Below are positions 20,420-29,954 of a stretch of 64,000 bases of DNA, piece after piece; within the stretch, counting starts at the first letter, position 1, and the number at the start of each line of letters is the position of its first letter. Source of the DNA: Ignavibacteriota bacterium (GTDB lineage Bacteria > Bacteroidota > Ignavibacteria > Palsa-1295). The stretch lies in contig CAWBEI010000003.1 of assembly GCA_963787835.1 (NCBI GenBank), positions 439,586 to 503,585 on the forward strand. Direction: 5' to 3'. The position numbers and the translations under genes are program-made. The notes below the pieces were generated by a model. That model searched no databases. It was not told the DNA's origin and saw only the letters and a list, made by a program, of their open reading frames with translations.

Positions 20420-20889
20420 TGGATGCTACTCGCCAAGACAAAATAACAGCGATCCGTACGTTGCCCTCGGAATTATCAGAAGCTGTCAACGGACTGAGCA
20501 AGGAACAACTGAATACGCCCTATCGCGAAGGCGGCTGGAGCCCTCGACAAATTGTGCATCATATTGCGGACTCTCACCTGAATGCATTCGTCCGAATGAA
20601 ACTCATTCTGACCGAAGAGCAGCCTCTGTTCAAGACGTACGATCAGGATGCCTGGGCTGCAATGCATGATTACACCTATGATATCGCGCCATCCCTCGCG
20701 ATCGTGTCTGGCATTCAGGAGCGTATGGCTAATCTCTTGGAAGATGCAAGCGAGGATGATCTCGCAAAAAAAGCCAATCATCCCGATAATGGGGTGATGA
20801 CGTTACAAAATTTGCTCGATCTGTACGCAACACATGGCAGGAACCATGTTGAGCAGATCACGGGATTACGCAAGAAAATGGGTTGGTAG
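20420..20889 (+). CDS. YfiT/BstA-family (DinB superfamily) bacillithiol-type S-transferase
   Basis: QLNTPYREGGWSPRQIVHHIADSH and HGRNH metal ligands; start uncertain (20377-20420). Confidence 0.88.
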
Positions 20890-20902
20890 AATTCCCACTG
20901 CG

Positions 20903-22033
20903 CTACCCCAGTTTTTTCCTAAATCTCATCGAACTCAGCGTTAACACCCCCCCGCTGAAAATGAACATGGCCAATACTTGAGGCCATAGCTCCGTCAATC
21001 CTGCGCCACGCAGAAAGATCCCACGAATGATCTCGAAAAAATAGCGGAGTGGCAAAAAATAGCTGAACCACTGGATAACTTTTGGCATATTCTCGATCGG
21101 GAATATGAAACCCGAAAGGAAATTCATCGGGAGCACCACGAAGAACACGGTCGTCATCATGGCTTGCTGTTGTGTTCCGCTCACGGTAGAAACAAAAAGC
21201 CCAAGGCCGAGCGTCGTGAAGATAAATACCAAAGCAAGCGCCACGAGTAAGAGAACAGACCCCCGAACTGGAATGCCAAGTATAAGCGTTACTCCGGCAA
21301 GAGCAAGAACGATATCGATAATACCAATGATCGTAAACGGAGCAAGCTTGCCGATAATGATCTGCCACGTCTTGATGGGTGTCACGATAAGCTGTTCCAG
21401 GGTTCCCCGTTCTTTCTCCTTTACGATCGCCAACGCCGTCAGCAGAACCGTCGCCTGAGTAATGATCATTCCCAACAGCCCCGGCAAAATGTAGTTGCGG
21501 CTCTTCAGTTCGGGATTATACCAAACACGAATCTCCGGCGTGACTGTGATCGGCTTCAGTGCACCCAATCCGCGACGAGAATAACTTTCGAGCAAAGCAT
21601 TCTGTGAATACCCGGCAACGATGGCACCGGCATAGTTGAGGCCCACCGATGCCGCGTTACTTTCCGAACCATCGACGATCGCCTCGACTTTTGCTTGTTG
21701 CCCACGCAGGATCTTCTTGCCAAATTCCGGCGGGATGGTCAATGCGAGTGAGGCATCTCCTTGCATGATATACTTATCGACATCGGAAAGCCGCTCGACG
21801 CGAGCTACAACTGGGAAATATCCTGAGTTTTCGAAGCGCGCGATAAAATCGTGGCTCTGGAGCGAATGATCCTGATCGCAGACCACCATCGGAACGGAAT
21901 TCACATCGAGATTAATAGCAAACCCAAAGAGAAGCAATTGCGCGATCGGGCCGATGAAGATCAGCCGGATCATATTCGGATCCCGCCGAAGCTGCTGGAA
22001 CTCCTTTCGAAGAAAGATAAGAATGGTGCGCAT
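20903..22033 (-). CDS. ABC-2 exporter permease (YbhR-like)
   Basis: KEFQQLRRD, WYNPELKS, EKERGTLEQLIVTP, LSGFIFPIENMP. Confidence 0.92.
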   Translation of the reverse strand: MRTILIFLRKEFQQLRRDPNMIRLIFIGPIAQLLLFGFAINLDVNSVPMVVCDQDHSLQSHDFIARFENSGYFPVVARVERLSDVDKYIMQGDASLALTIPPEFGKKILRGQQAKVEAIVDGSESNAASVGLNYAGAIVAGYSQNALLESYSRRGLGALKPITVTPEIRVWYNPELKSRNYILPGLLGMIITQATVLLTALAIVKEKERGTLEQLIVTPIKTWQIIIGKLAPFTIIGIIDIVLALAGVTLILGIPVRGSVLLLVALALVFIFTTLGLGLFVSTVSGTQQQAMMTTVFFVVLPMNFLSGFIFPIENMPKVIQWFSYFLPLRYFFEIIRGIFLRGAGLTELWPQVLAMFIFSGGVLTLSSMRFRKKLG

Positions 22034-22056
22034 CGTCTGAATGGAAGTATTATTTT

Positions 22057-22182
22057 GTCATTGCGAGGAGAGCATTCGAAGCAGAGCGGTGAATGCTCGA
22101 CGAAGCAATCTCTATCCTACGGGATAGAGATTGCTTCGTCGAACGAATCTCCCTTCGGTCGATTCGTTCTCCTCGCAATGAC
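22057..22182. repeat. Four-way-junction palindromic repeat, copy 2
   Basis: GTCATTGCGAGGA outer stem with three internal hairpins; intergenic between the two permease genes. Confidence 0.92.
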
Positions 22183-22210
22183 ATATTCTCACAGTTCATT
22201 TGAATCATTG

Positions 22211-23344
22211 TTAAAATAATTTTTTCATCTTATTCCAACTGATGGTCGTGATCGCAGATGCAAAGATCACCATAAAAAGCGTCTCTTTCCAGAACACCTC
22301 AATTCCGGCACCGCGAAGGATGATCGCTCGCAAGATCCACAGAAAATACCGTGCCGGATTGATGTAGGTAATAGCCTGTATCACTACCGGCATATTCCGG
22401 ATGGGAAAGGTAAATCCCGAAAGCATGAATGTGGGCAGCAAAGAGACTAATGTCGCAAGTTGAAACGCCTCCTCTTGCCGTTCCGAAACGGACGATACCC
22501 ACAGGCCAAGCCCAAGCCCACAAAAAATAAAGATCAGGGACTCTATGAATAACAGCACGATACTACCACGAATGACGACATCGAATAAGAAATAGCCTGT
22601 AAGCAATATGAGTGAAGTGCTAATGATCGAGATCACGACATACGGCATTGTTTTCCCGATGATCAGTTCCATTGGGTGGATCGGCGAGACGATGATCTGC
22701 TCCATCGTCCCCTTCTCGCGTTCGCGCACGATCGAAAGTGAGGTAGAAACGACAGTCGAGATCATGAGAATAAAACCGATCAGACCTGGAACCAGAAATT
22801 TAGGACTGGTCAACTCGGGATTGTACCACACTCGTGCCCGGTAATCAATGGGAAGTTCCGGTTTTCCAAGTCCGTTGCGCGCGAGCGCTTGCAAGGTTAT
22901 CTTCGTCGAGTAATCTTGTGCCATCGCCTGAAGGTATCCGGCGGCTGCGGTTGCATTCGTAGCATTCGAGCCATCGACAATCACCTGCACTTCGACCGAC
23001 CGATTGGCACGCAGATCCTTCTCGAAATCGACAGGAATGACGAGCACGGCCCGCGCGATCTGTTTGACAAGCATTGTATCGATCTGGCGATCGCTCGAAA
23101 GGGTTGCCACCTTATCGAAATATTCAGTATGCAAAAATCCATCCGTAAGTTCACGGCTTGTTGTGGTGCGATCCTGATCGTAAATCGCAAGCGGAACGTG
23201 CTTTACATCATAATTCAACGCATAGCCAAAAAGGATAAGCATTGCGGCCGGCACGCCAAGAAGTACACCAAGCGAACGCCGGTCGCGAGAGATCTGGCGA
23301 AGTTCCTTTCGGATGATCGGTCGAATACGTGCGCGTGAGATCAT
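22211..23344 (-). CDS. ABC-2 exporter permease (YbhS-like)
   Basis: KELRQISRDRRS, WYNPELTS, EREKGTMEQ, LSGFTFPIRNMP. Confidence 0.92.
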   Translation of the reverse strand: MISRARIRPIIRKELRQISRDRRSLGVLLGVPAAMLILFGYALNYDVKHVPLAIYDQDRTTTSRELTDGFLHTEYFDKVATLSSDRQIDTMLVKQIARAVLVIPVDFEKDLRANRSVEVQVIVDGSNATNATAAAGYLQAMAQDYSTKITLQALARNGLGKPELPIDYRARVWYNPELTSPKFLVPGLIGFILMISTVVSTSLSIVREREKGTMEQIIVSPIHPMELIIGKTMPYVVISIISTSLILLTGYFLFDVVIRGSIVLLFIESLIFIFCGLGLGLWVSSVSERQEEAFQLATLVSLLPTFMLSGFTFPIRNMPVVIQAITYINPARYFLWILRAIILRGAGIEVFWKETLFMVIFASAITTISWNKMKKLF

Positions 23345-24285
23345 GCAACTTTCTCCTTTGTCTCCAGATCGATCAAATGGATGAATACATCCTCAAGCGA
23401 AGGTGTGATCTGTTCAATACGAACCATATTGATCCCCTGTGAGCGAAGTGTATCCGTGATAACTGCTCGTGCATCCTGCGATTTGGGGATGCTCACATGC
23501 AAAAAGCTCCCGAACACAGATGTTTCCTCCACACGACTGTCGCTATCAAGCGCAGCCATCGCTTCGATGACGCGGTCCGTCTCAACCTCGAACACCGGCG
23601 TTTGGAGATGCTTTGTCTTTAGCTCTTCCGGCGTACCTCCGGCGATGATGCGGCCTTCGTGAATCAGCATGATCCGGTTGCAATACTCTGCTTCATCGAG
23701 ATAATGTGTGGTCACGAATACCGTAGTACCCCCTGCGGCGAGCTGTCGAATAAGATCCCAAAACCGCCGCCGCATGATGGGATCGACGCCGCCCGTAGGC
23801 TCATCAAGAAACACTACTTTCGGCGAATGGAGCATGGCGCACCCGAGCGCCAGCCGCTGCTTGAAGCCTCCCGGCAGATCGCGCGGAAGGCTATTTTCCC
23901 TGCCTTCAAGACCAGCAATGCCTATCGCCCATTTGCTTCGTTCCGCGATCGTCTCATCAGATAATCCATAGATCCCACCCCAAAACCGAATATTTTCGGT
24001 ACAGGTGAGATCGTCATACAGCGAGAACTTTTGCGACATATAGCCGATATTCTTCTTGATGTCATCCGGTTGGGAATTTATATCAAATCCCGCGACCGTT
24101 GCTGTGCCGCTCGTCGATTGCAGAAGTCCGCAGAGCATCCGTATCGTCGTGGATTTTCCCGAACCGTTCGCTCCCAGGAAGCCGAAGATCTCACCGGCAT
24201 GTACATTGAAGGAAATACTATCTACGGCAGTGAATGAGCCAAATCGCTTCGTGAGGTCTTTGGCATCGATAGCAAGATCAGGCAT
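23341..24285 (-). CDS. ABC exporter ATP-binding protein (second YbhF-like NBD)
   Basis: Likely start ATG 24285 overlapping the upstream stop; GANGSGKST, LPGGFKQR, LDEPTGGVD. Confidence 0.93.
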   Translation of the reverse strand: MPDLAIDAKDLTKRFGSFTAVDSISFNVHAGEIFGFLGANGSGKSTTIRMLCGLLQSTSGTATVAGFDINSQPDDIKKNIGYMSQKFSLYDDLTCTENIRFWGGIYGLSDETIAERSKWAIGIAGLEGRENSLPRDLPGGFKQRLALGCAMLHSPKVVFLDEPTGGVDPIMRRRFWDLIRQLAAGGTTVFVTTHYLDEAEYCNRIMLIHEGRIIAGGTPEELKTKHLQTPVFEVETDRVIEAMAALDSDSRVEETSVFGSFLHVSIPKSQDARAVITDTLRSQGINMVRIEQITPSLEDVFIHLIDLETKEKVA

Positions 24286-25246
24286 GAGTAGCCTCCATGG
24301 TCTTTGCCGGAGCATCCTCTTCTCCCGATGGTTCCACGTCTCGCAACAGTGCAATAAATACATTTTCGAGCGAGGGTTGGATTAATCGTGCGCTCCGCAC
24401 CGGCACTCCCTTTGACTCAAGACGCCCCTTGACCGTGTTTGCATCAACATCCTTCTTTACTACCGCGTTGATCCGGTCGCCGAAGGTCTGCACCTCGATG
24501 ACATCCGGGAAGGAACGAAGCAACTCCGTAGCGTTGTCCAATACTTCGGGAATGATCTCGATCACACTCCCGATCATTTGTTTCTTCACATTTTTCGGAG
24601 TATCGGTCAAAAGAATGTGTCCATCACTCATAAGCCCTACTCGTGTGCAACGTTCGGCTTCATCAAGGTAGGGAGTGGTCATAAGAATGGTGATTCCTTC
24701 ATCAAGAAGCGATGATAATATCTTCCAAAATTCGCGCCGTGAAACGGGATCGACGCCAGTCGTCGGCTCATCGAGAAAAATGATCTCCGGCTTATGAATA
24801 AGCGTTGCAGCAAGCGCGAGCTTTTGCTTCATACCACCCGATAGTTGATCTGCCAGACGTGCTCGGAACGGAGTGAGGCGCGTAAAGTCAAGCAGTTCGT
24901 TACGTCGAGTCGCGTAATCTTTTACCTCGTGGATCTCTGCAAAAAATTCGATATTCTCATCGACGGTAAGATCGGGATACAGGCTAAACCGCTGCGAAAG
25001 ATAGCCAATGCGAGGCTTTATCTCCTTTATTTGGGTTGCAAGATCGAGACCTAATATCTTAGCGTCACCGCCATCGGGTTTAACAATGCCGCAGAGCATT
25101 CGAATGAGCGTTGTCTTCCCGGCTCCATCTGGCCCGACCAGTCCAAACATTTCTCCTTTTGCAATGGTAAGATCAATGCCACGCACCGCCTCCGTCTCAC
25201 CGAAAGACTTCTTAAGAGCGTGGATTTCGAGAGCTTGTTCTGGCAC
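24278..25246 (-). CDS. ABC exporter ATP-binding protein (first YbhF-like NBD)
   Basis: GPDGAGKTT, LSGGMKQK, LDEPTTGVD. Confidence 0.94.
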   Translation of the reverse strand: MPEQALEIHALKKSFGETEAVRGIDLTIAKGEMFGLVGPDGAGKTTLIRMLCGIVKPDGGDAKILGLDLATQIKEIKPRIGYLSQRFSLYPDLTVDENIEFFAEIHEVKDYATRRNELLDFTRLTPFRARLADQLSGGMKQKLALAATLIHKPEIIFLDEPTTGVDPVSRREFWKILSSLLDEGITILMTTPYLDEAERCTRVGLMSDGHILLTDTPKNVKKQMIGSVIEIIPEVLDNATELLRSFPDVIEVQTFGDRINAVVKKDVDANTVKGRLESKGVPVRSARLIQPSLENVFIALLRDVEPSGEEDAPAKTMEATHA

Positions 25247-25263
25247 GATCTTGCTCCTCGTGC

Positions 25264-26229
25264 TTAACGAATATGTACCGTCGCGTCGGCGGGCAATCCC
25301 TTTTTCAGTTCACCGGTTGGATTCGGAATTTCGACCTTCACTCCAAAGACAAGCTTCACCCGATCATCCTTCGTTTGAATGTCTTTGGGCGTAAATTCGG
25401 CTTCCGGCGAAATATAGGTAACCGTCCCTGTGAAATTCTTTTTCGGGAGGCCATCAACCTGCACATCAACCTTTTGCCCAAGTTTAACATGCGGAAGTTC
25501 TTCTTCTGTTAAATAGATCATCAGATACACGCTCGAAAGATCGGTTACCGTCGCAACTGTAGAGCCTGAGCCAACAAGCTCGCCTTGTTCCGCTACTTTA
25601 TGCGTGACGATGCCCTTGAGCGGCGAAGTGATGTACGAATCGTCGATCGACTTTTGAACTTCATCGCGGGTTGCTTCCAGTTGATTGACATGGGCCAGGG
25701 CAGAACTCACATCCTCCGGACGCGCCAGATGCCGTACCTTCGCCAAATTTGCTTCCGCCTGATCGAGCTGGCTTTGTGCTACACGAAACTTCGCTTCTTC
25801 CTGATCGAGTTGTTCCTTTGTTGCTGCACCACCGGCATGAAGATTCCGTACACGATCTAATTCATCCGCCTCGAGCTTGCGGTTCGTCTCTGCTTGCGTA
25901 ACGGCTTGTTCTGCGGATTGAATATCCTCCGTGCGCGAGCCTTCTTGCGTCAAGGAAAGCTGTGCACGAGCCTGATCTACGGCTGCCTGAGCTGCGCGTA
26001 ATTGAATATCCAGCTCGCTTCGATCCTGAGCGGCAAGCAAGCTACCGGAATCGACGGGTGTTCCATCGTCGATGTAGAGCGTAGTAATTTGGGCAGATAC
26101 TTTCGCCGCAACGTTCACGTCCGTTGCTTCGATGGTGCCACTGGCGGTAATGTCATTGGGGTCGTCGTTCTTGCCGCAGCTAATGAACAGTGCTGCCACA
26201 AAGGCCAAAAGAAGGATGTGTTTTTTCAT
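25264..26229 (-). CDS. HlyD/YbhG-family periplasmic adaptor lipoprotein
   Basis: Lipobox FISC, ASGTIEA, coiled-coil hairpin, ISPEAEFTPKDIQT, LKKGLPAD. Confidence 0.93.
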   Translation of the reverse strand: MKKHILLLAFVAALFISCGKNDDPNDITASGTIEATDVNVAAKVSAQITTLYIDDGTPVDSGSLLAAQDRSELDIQLRAAQAAVDQARAQLSLTQEGSRTEDIQSAEQAVTQAETNRKLEADELDRVRNLHAGGAATKEQLDQEEAKFRVAQSQLDQAEANLAKVRHLARPEDVSSALAHVNQLEATRDEVQKSIDDSYITSPLKGIVTHKVAEQGELVGSGSTVATVTDLSSVYLMIYLTEEELPHVKLGQKVDVQVDGLPKKNFTGTVTYISPEAEFTPKDIQTKDDRVKLVFGVKVEIPNPTGELKKGLPADATVHIR

Positions 26230-26302
26230 GCTAGATCACGTTGCCGTTATGACGGCTTTCGCATGAACATATTGTATCGCAACATCACGCCCGATACACT
26301 TC

Positions 26303-27412
26303 TTATCTATTGATCAATTTTGTATTATCCTCTACTCTAGACACGATCGCAAAAAGCTTCAGCATTTCCGCAACCTCGGGAAGGAACTGAACATTGCATG
26401 GCACCCCGATGTACGCGCCTTGTAAAACCGGTTTTCCTTTGAGATCATAGCGCGAATAGAATCCGTGGGCTGCAATATCATCCGGCGTTCGGTTATTGGC
26501 AAAGAAGGCTATAAATTTCTCGGCAAGCGCTTTGTACTTTGCCTGATGCGTTGCAGAATAAAAATGGAGGAGTCCATCTGCAAGATCACCGATGTCCGTT
26601 GGGTTGCGCTCGCCGGTGCCATCATGATGAAGCAATGCAAGACCACCAGCCACAGCAGAATCCTCGAGTTCCATCGCGCGATCTCGAAAAGAGTCTTCTT
26701 TTGAAACTTCGAACACCGTTAGAGCTGCATCTGCAGCGACCATCATGTCACGAGGGAAAAAACCTACTTGCGGGGTATGCAGAGCTCTAAGGGAAGCCAA
26801 AACCCATTGCCGATAGACGGCTTCATGCGTAACCCGATACAACCGCGCCGCAGCAAGTGCACCGTATGCGGTACTAACCCCGTTGGGACGCCGGTCGTTT
26901 GAATTCCACGACCACCCTTTTGACGCTCCATCCTGCCAAAAATCCATGTTGATCAACGCATTGAAGGATGACTTGGCGGCATTGAGATATTCACTGTCTT
27001 TCGTTACTTCGTAGCAATGGACAAGTGCTGCACACCATTGGAGATCATCGTCGCCGCCGACGTAGATCTGGTCGCCTTGCCGCGCAAGAACTCGCGCACC
27101 AGAATTTCCGTCCGTCTTGCTATAGAGACCTGTTGAAGCCTGAAAATATTGCTTCAAGCCCGGAGGCTGTATGAGTCCTTCGGGAATCATGTACGCCATC
27201 CCGTCGAGCAGGATCGTGATTCCCCAGGCATCGCTGCCGGGAGCGCCCGGTTGATCGGCACGACGAATAAAATTGCCGGACTGCGGATTCCAAAAGTGAT
27301 TCTGCAAATAAGCGCGCGTTGCAACAAGCCGGTCGTGCCAGACTTTTTTCTGAGCCTGCGAATTACTCGCAACGCCACAAACAAATATCGATACTAAGAC
27401 GATTCTTCTCAT
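26303..27412 (-). CDS. Glycoside hydrolase family 76-like secreted protein
   Basis: Signal peptide; GDDDLQW vicinal-Asp motif; helical barrel-type repeats such as YEVTKDSEYLNAAK. Confidence 0.7.
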   Translation of the reverse strand: MRRIVLVSIFVCGVASNSQAQKKVWHDRLVATRAYLQNHFWNPQSGNFIRRADQPGAPGSDAWGITILLDGMAYMIPEGLIQPPGLKQYFQASTGLYSKTDGNSGARVLARQGDQIYVGGDDDLQWCAALVHCYEVTKDSEYLNAAKSSFNALINMDFWQDGASKGWSWNSNDRRPNGVSTAYGALAAARLYRVTHEAVYRQWVLASLRALHTPQVGFFPRDMMVAADAALTVFEVSKEDSFRDRAMELEDSAVAGGLALLHHDGTGERNPTDIGDLADGLLHFYSATHQAKYKALAEKFIAFFANNRTPDDIAAHGFYSRYDLKGKPVLQGAYIGVPCNVQFLPEVAEMLKLFAIVSRVEDNTKLINR

Positions 27413-27432
27413 AGTTGGTGTTTATCAAACGA

Positions 27433-28660
27433 ATGACAAAGTACATACATTTCGCGATAGCTTGCTTTCTCTCCTTTTCGGCCCACGCTCAGGTAAGAAC
27501 CGGGCTGGATAATCTGATTGTGCAAGGTTACGCGCCTATTAAAGGGAAGCATGTGGGCCTTATCACAAACCAGACCGGGCGCACGAGCGATGGCCGGTTC
27601 GGCCCCGATGTGTTAGCAAAGTCAAAGGTTTTCACGCTCACGGCACTGTTCGCGCCGGAGCATGGACTGATGGGTACGCGGCAGGCGGGCGTTTAATAGC
27701 GATACGCTCGAACATTTTCAGGGAATTCCCGTCTATTCGCTGTATGGTGTTACGCGCAAACCTACGCGAACGATGCTGAAGGGCATCGATGCGCTCGTCT
27801 TCGATATTCAGGATGTGGGAGTTCGCCCATATACGTTTCTCTCAACGATGATCCTTGCGATGGAAGCGGCAGCGGAAAATAAGATCCCGTTCTATGTGCT
27901 CGACCGCCCGAATCCGCTTTCGGGGGAACGGATCGAAGGAAATATCCTCGATACTGCACTGAAAAGTTTTGTAGGGATCATTCCAGTTCCCTATCTGCAT
28001 GGCATGACGCTTGGCGAACTGGCGAAGATGGCACAAGCAAAGGGATGGTTTCATCATGCTGCCGCATTAAAGCTGACGGTTATTCCGATGACCGGCTGGA
28101 AGCGTTCGATGTACTGGAATGAAACAGGCCTGACGTGGACGCCCTCCAGCCCGAACGTCCCAAGTTTCGAAAGCGCAGTTGGGCTTGCAATGCTTGGCGC
28201 CACCGGCGAGCTTGGGATCCTTTCCGTCGGGCTTGGGAGCGATCTGCCGTTTCTGCGGCTTGGTTCGACGCTTATGAGCGCCGGTGAAATTCTTAGGATC
28301 GCTGACACCGCCTATTCCGGTTCGTTTCCTTTGGTTACCGACGTCTATACCGCGACCACCAGCGCAGGAACGAAGACGTATCAGGGCGTAAAGATCATAC
28401 TGCCCAAGGATCTAAAAAAGATCCCATCGCTCTATGAGGGCCAGTTTCGGGCTATCGAAGAAATGCTTCACGATACCGCGTTCCGTGCGGCATTCGATGC
28501 CATGCCCTACTCGGTGAACACCATGTTCGAAAAAGTGACTGGCGAACGAACCATTATCGAATCGCTGCGCAGGTGTGTTAGTCTCGATACCATCTTCGAC
28601 CGCTGGAATACGGATGCCGAAAGATTTCGCGCCGAACGAAAGCCCTGGCTGATCTATTAG
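27433..28660 (+). CDS. NamZ/DUF1343 exo-beta-N-acetylmuramidase; frameshifted near 27693
   Basis: 5' part: GKHVGLITNQTG, LFAPEHG. After one extra T the frame continues VYSLYG..RKPT, FDIQDVGVRPYT, VLDRPNP, HGMTLGE, SPNVP; ~408 aa if repaired. Confidence 0.88.
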
Positions 28661-28686
28661 AACTATTCGACCGACTTCACCTCATT

Positions 28687-29766
28687 TCATCGAGATATCT
28701 GAACCTTCGTTGATTGATTCCCTAATCGTAGAAAATACGTTCCAGGATCAAGATGAGATACATCCAGCGTAGCGGTCGTGCCATCGTCTGAGGCATTCAT
28801 GCGCTCCCGGCCCATAATATCGAAGAGGTGAACCGTGCCGGGTTGACCGCCGAGAACTTGGAGTTCATCCGAAACCGGGTTCGGGAAGACTTTAATTTGA
28901 TCGTTCAAGATTGCGACATCACTCACTGAGGATGCAGGATAGACCTTATATTCAAAGCTCCATGTCAAATAATGGCCATCTGTTGAATGAAAAATAAGAT
29001 AATGATGTCTTAAACCGGTAGTATCAACAACCTTAGGTGTAAATACATAATTAAAAACGAGCGAATCCTCACTTGGCATTGAATATGGCAAATGAGGGAA
29101 CGGATCGAAGGAGAATTCGGAAAAGTCTCCAACCTCATAGATCGAATCAATGGTTGCACCACCGCATGAGTGGAGTGATACTGGTTGATTATAAATCCCA
29201 CCATTTTCACTCGGTGCGGCTCCCACATAATATATCTCATTACCACCCGGCATTAGCTGGTCGTGCATTGTATCGGTTAATTCATCCAAGTTATAGTCTC
29301 CAAAACCATTACCGTCAACAAAATACGCTGTCGTCTTGGTGTGGCCGTACAATGCGAGATTGGGACTACTCCGAGCGTGAAAGATGATCGTGGCCGTTGC
29401 GGTGAATTGTCCGTTATAATACACAGTCTCATGAATGGTATCGTCTCCTGCACGAGTCGGAGCAAAACCGGCATTTCCACCCACAGAAACATCATTCAGG
29501 ACAAAGTTAGGTATTACTATTACTTGTTGATCCGGAAAGACCGATGGATCGCCTGACGGAACTATCGAGTCGATTGTAAGAGGGACGCTCGGATTCAAGT
29601 TTAGAAGTCCGTACTGAACCGAAACATAACTCTCAGGTTGACCGTCACAAACATAGCCTATTTGACCGGTATCGTTATAAGATGTAATATAAAGCTTCCC
29701 AGCTTGTTGAGCTTTTGTAATCGTTGTGGCAAAAAGAAGAATTAGCAAAATACTAAGTGGTTTCAT
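28687..29766 (-). CDS. Secreted protein with T9SS-type CTD
   Basis: Signal peptide; Ig-like segments; C-terminal VFPNPVSD...LDPGTYFLR. Confidence 0.8.
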   Translation of the reverse strand: MKPLSILLILLFATTITKAQQAGKLYITSYNDTGQIGYVCDGQPESYVSVQYGLLNLNPSVPLTIDSIVPSGDPSVFPDQQVIVIPNFVLNDVSVGGNAGFAPTRAGDDTIHETVYYNGQFTATATIIFHARSSPNLALYGHTKTTAYFVDGNGFGDYNLDELTDTMHDQLMPGGNEIYYVGAAPSENGGIYNQPVSLHSCGGATIDSIYEVGDFSEFSFDPFPHLPYSMPSEDSLVFNYVFTPKVVDTTGLRHHYLIFHSTDGHYLTWSFEYKVYPASSVSDVAILNDQIKVFPNPVSDELQVLGGQPGTVHLFDIMGRERMNASDDGTTATLDVSHLDPGTYFLRLGNQSTKVQISR

Positions 29767-29954
29767 GATTTATCCTCAAGAAATACCGCGTGCATCCTAA
29801 TAATATGCATTGGAGCTATGAGTTATGTTCAATTTTGATCTATGATGGTCATTAATAAACATCATTGATACCACTTCTTGTAAACCCTTCTTTCATTAGA
29901 AATAATTACGACAAAAGGAACCAACCTTATTAAGACTTAGTCTTAGTAGCCAAA

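Noticed and set aside
27691-27699. Stop-codon recoding in NamZ
   Set aside because: The continuation is in a different frame, so this is an indel; TAA, TAG and TGA all terminate genes normally elsewhere
29767-29954. M-box or yybP riboswitch upstream of the Nramp gene
   Set aside because: AT-rich divergent promoter region with no consensus I can recognise
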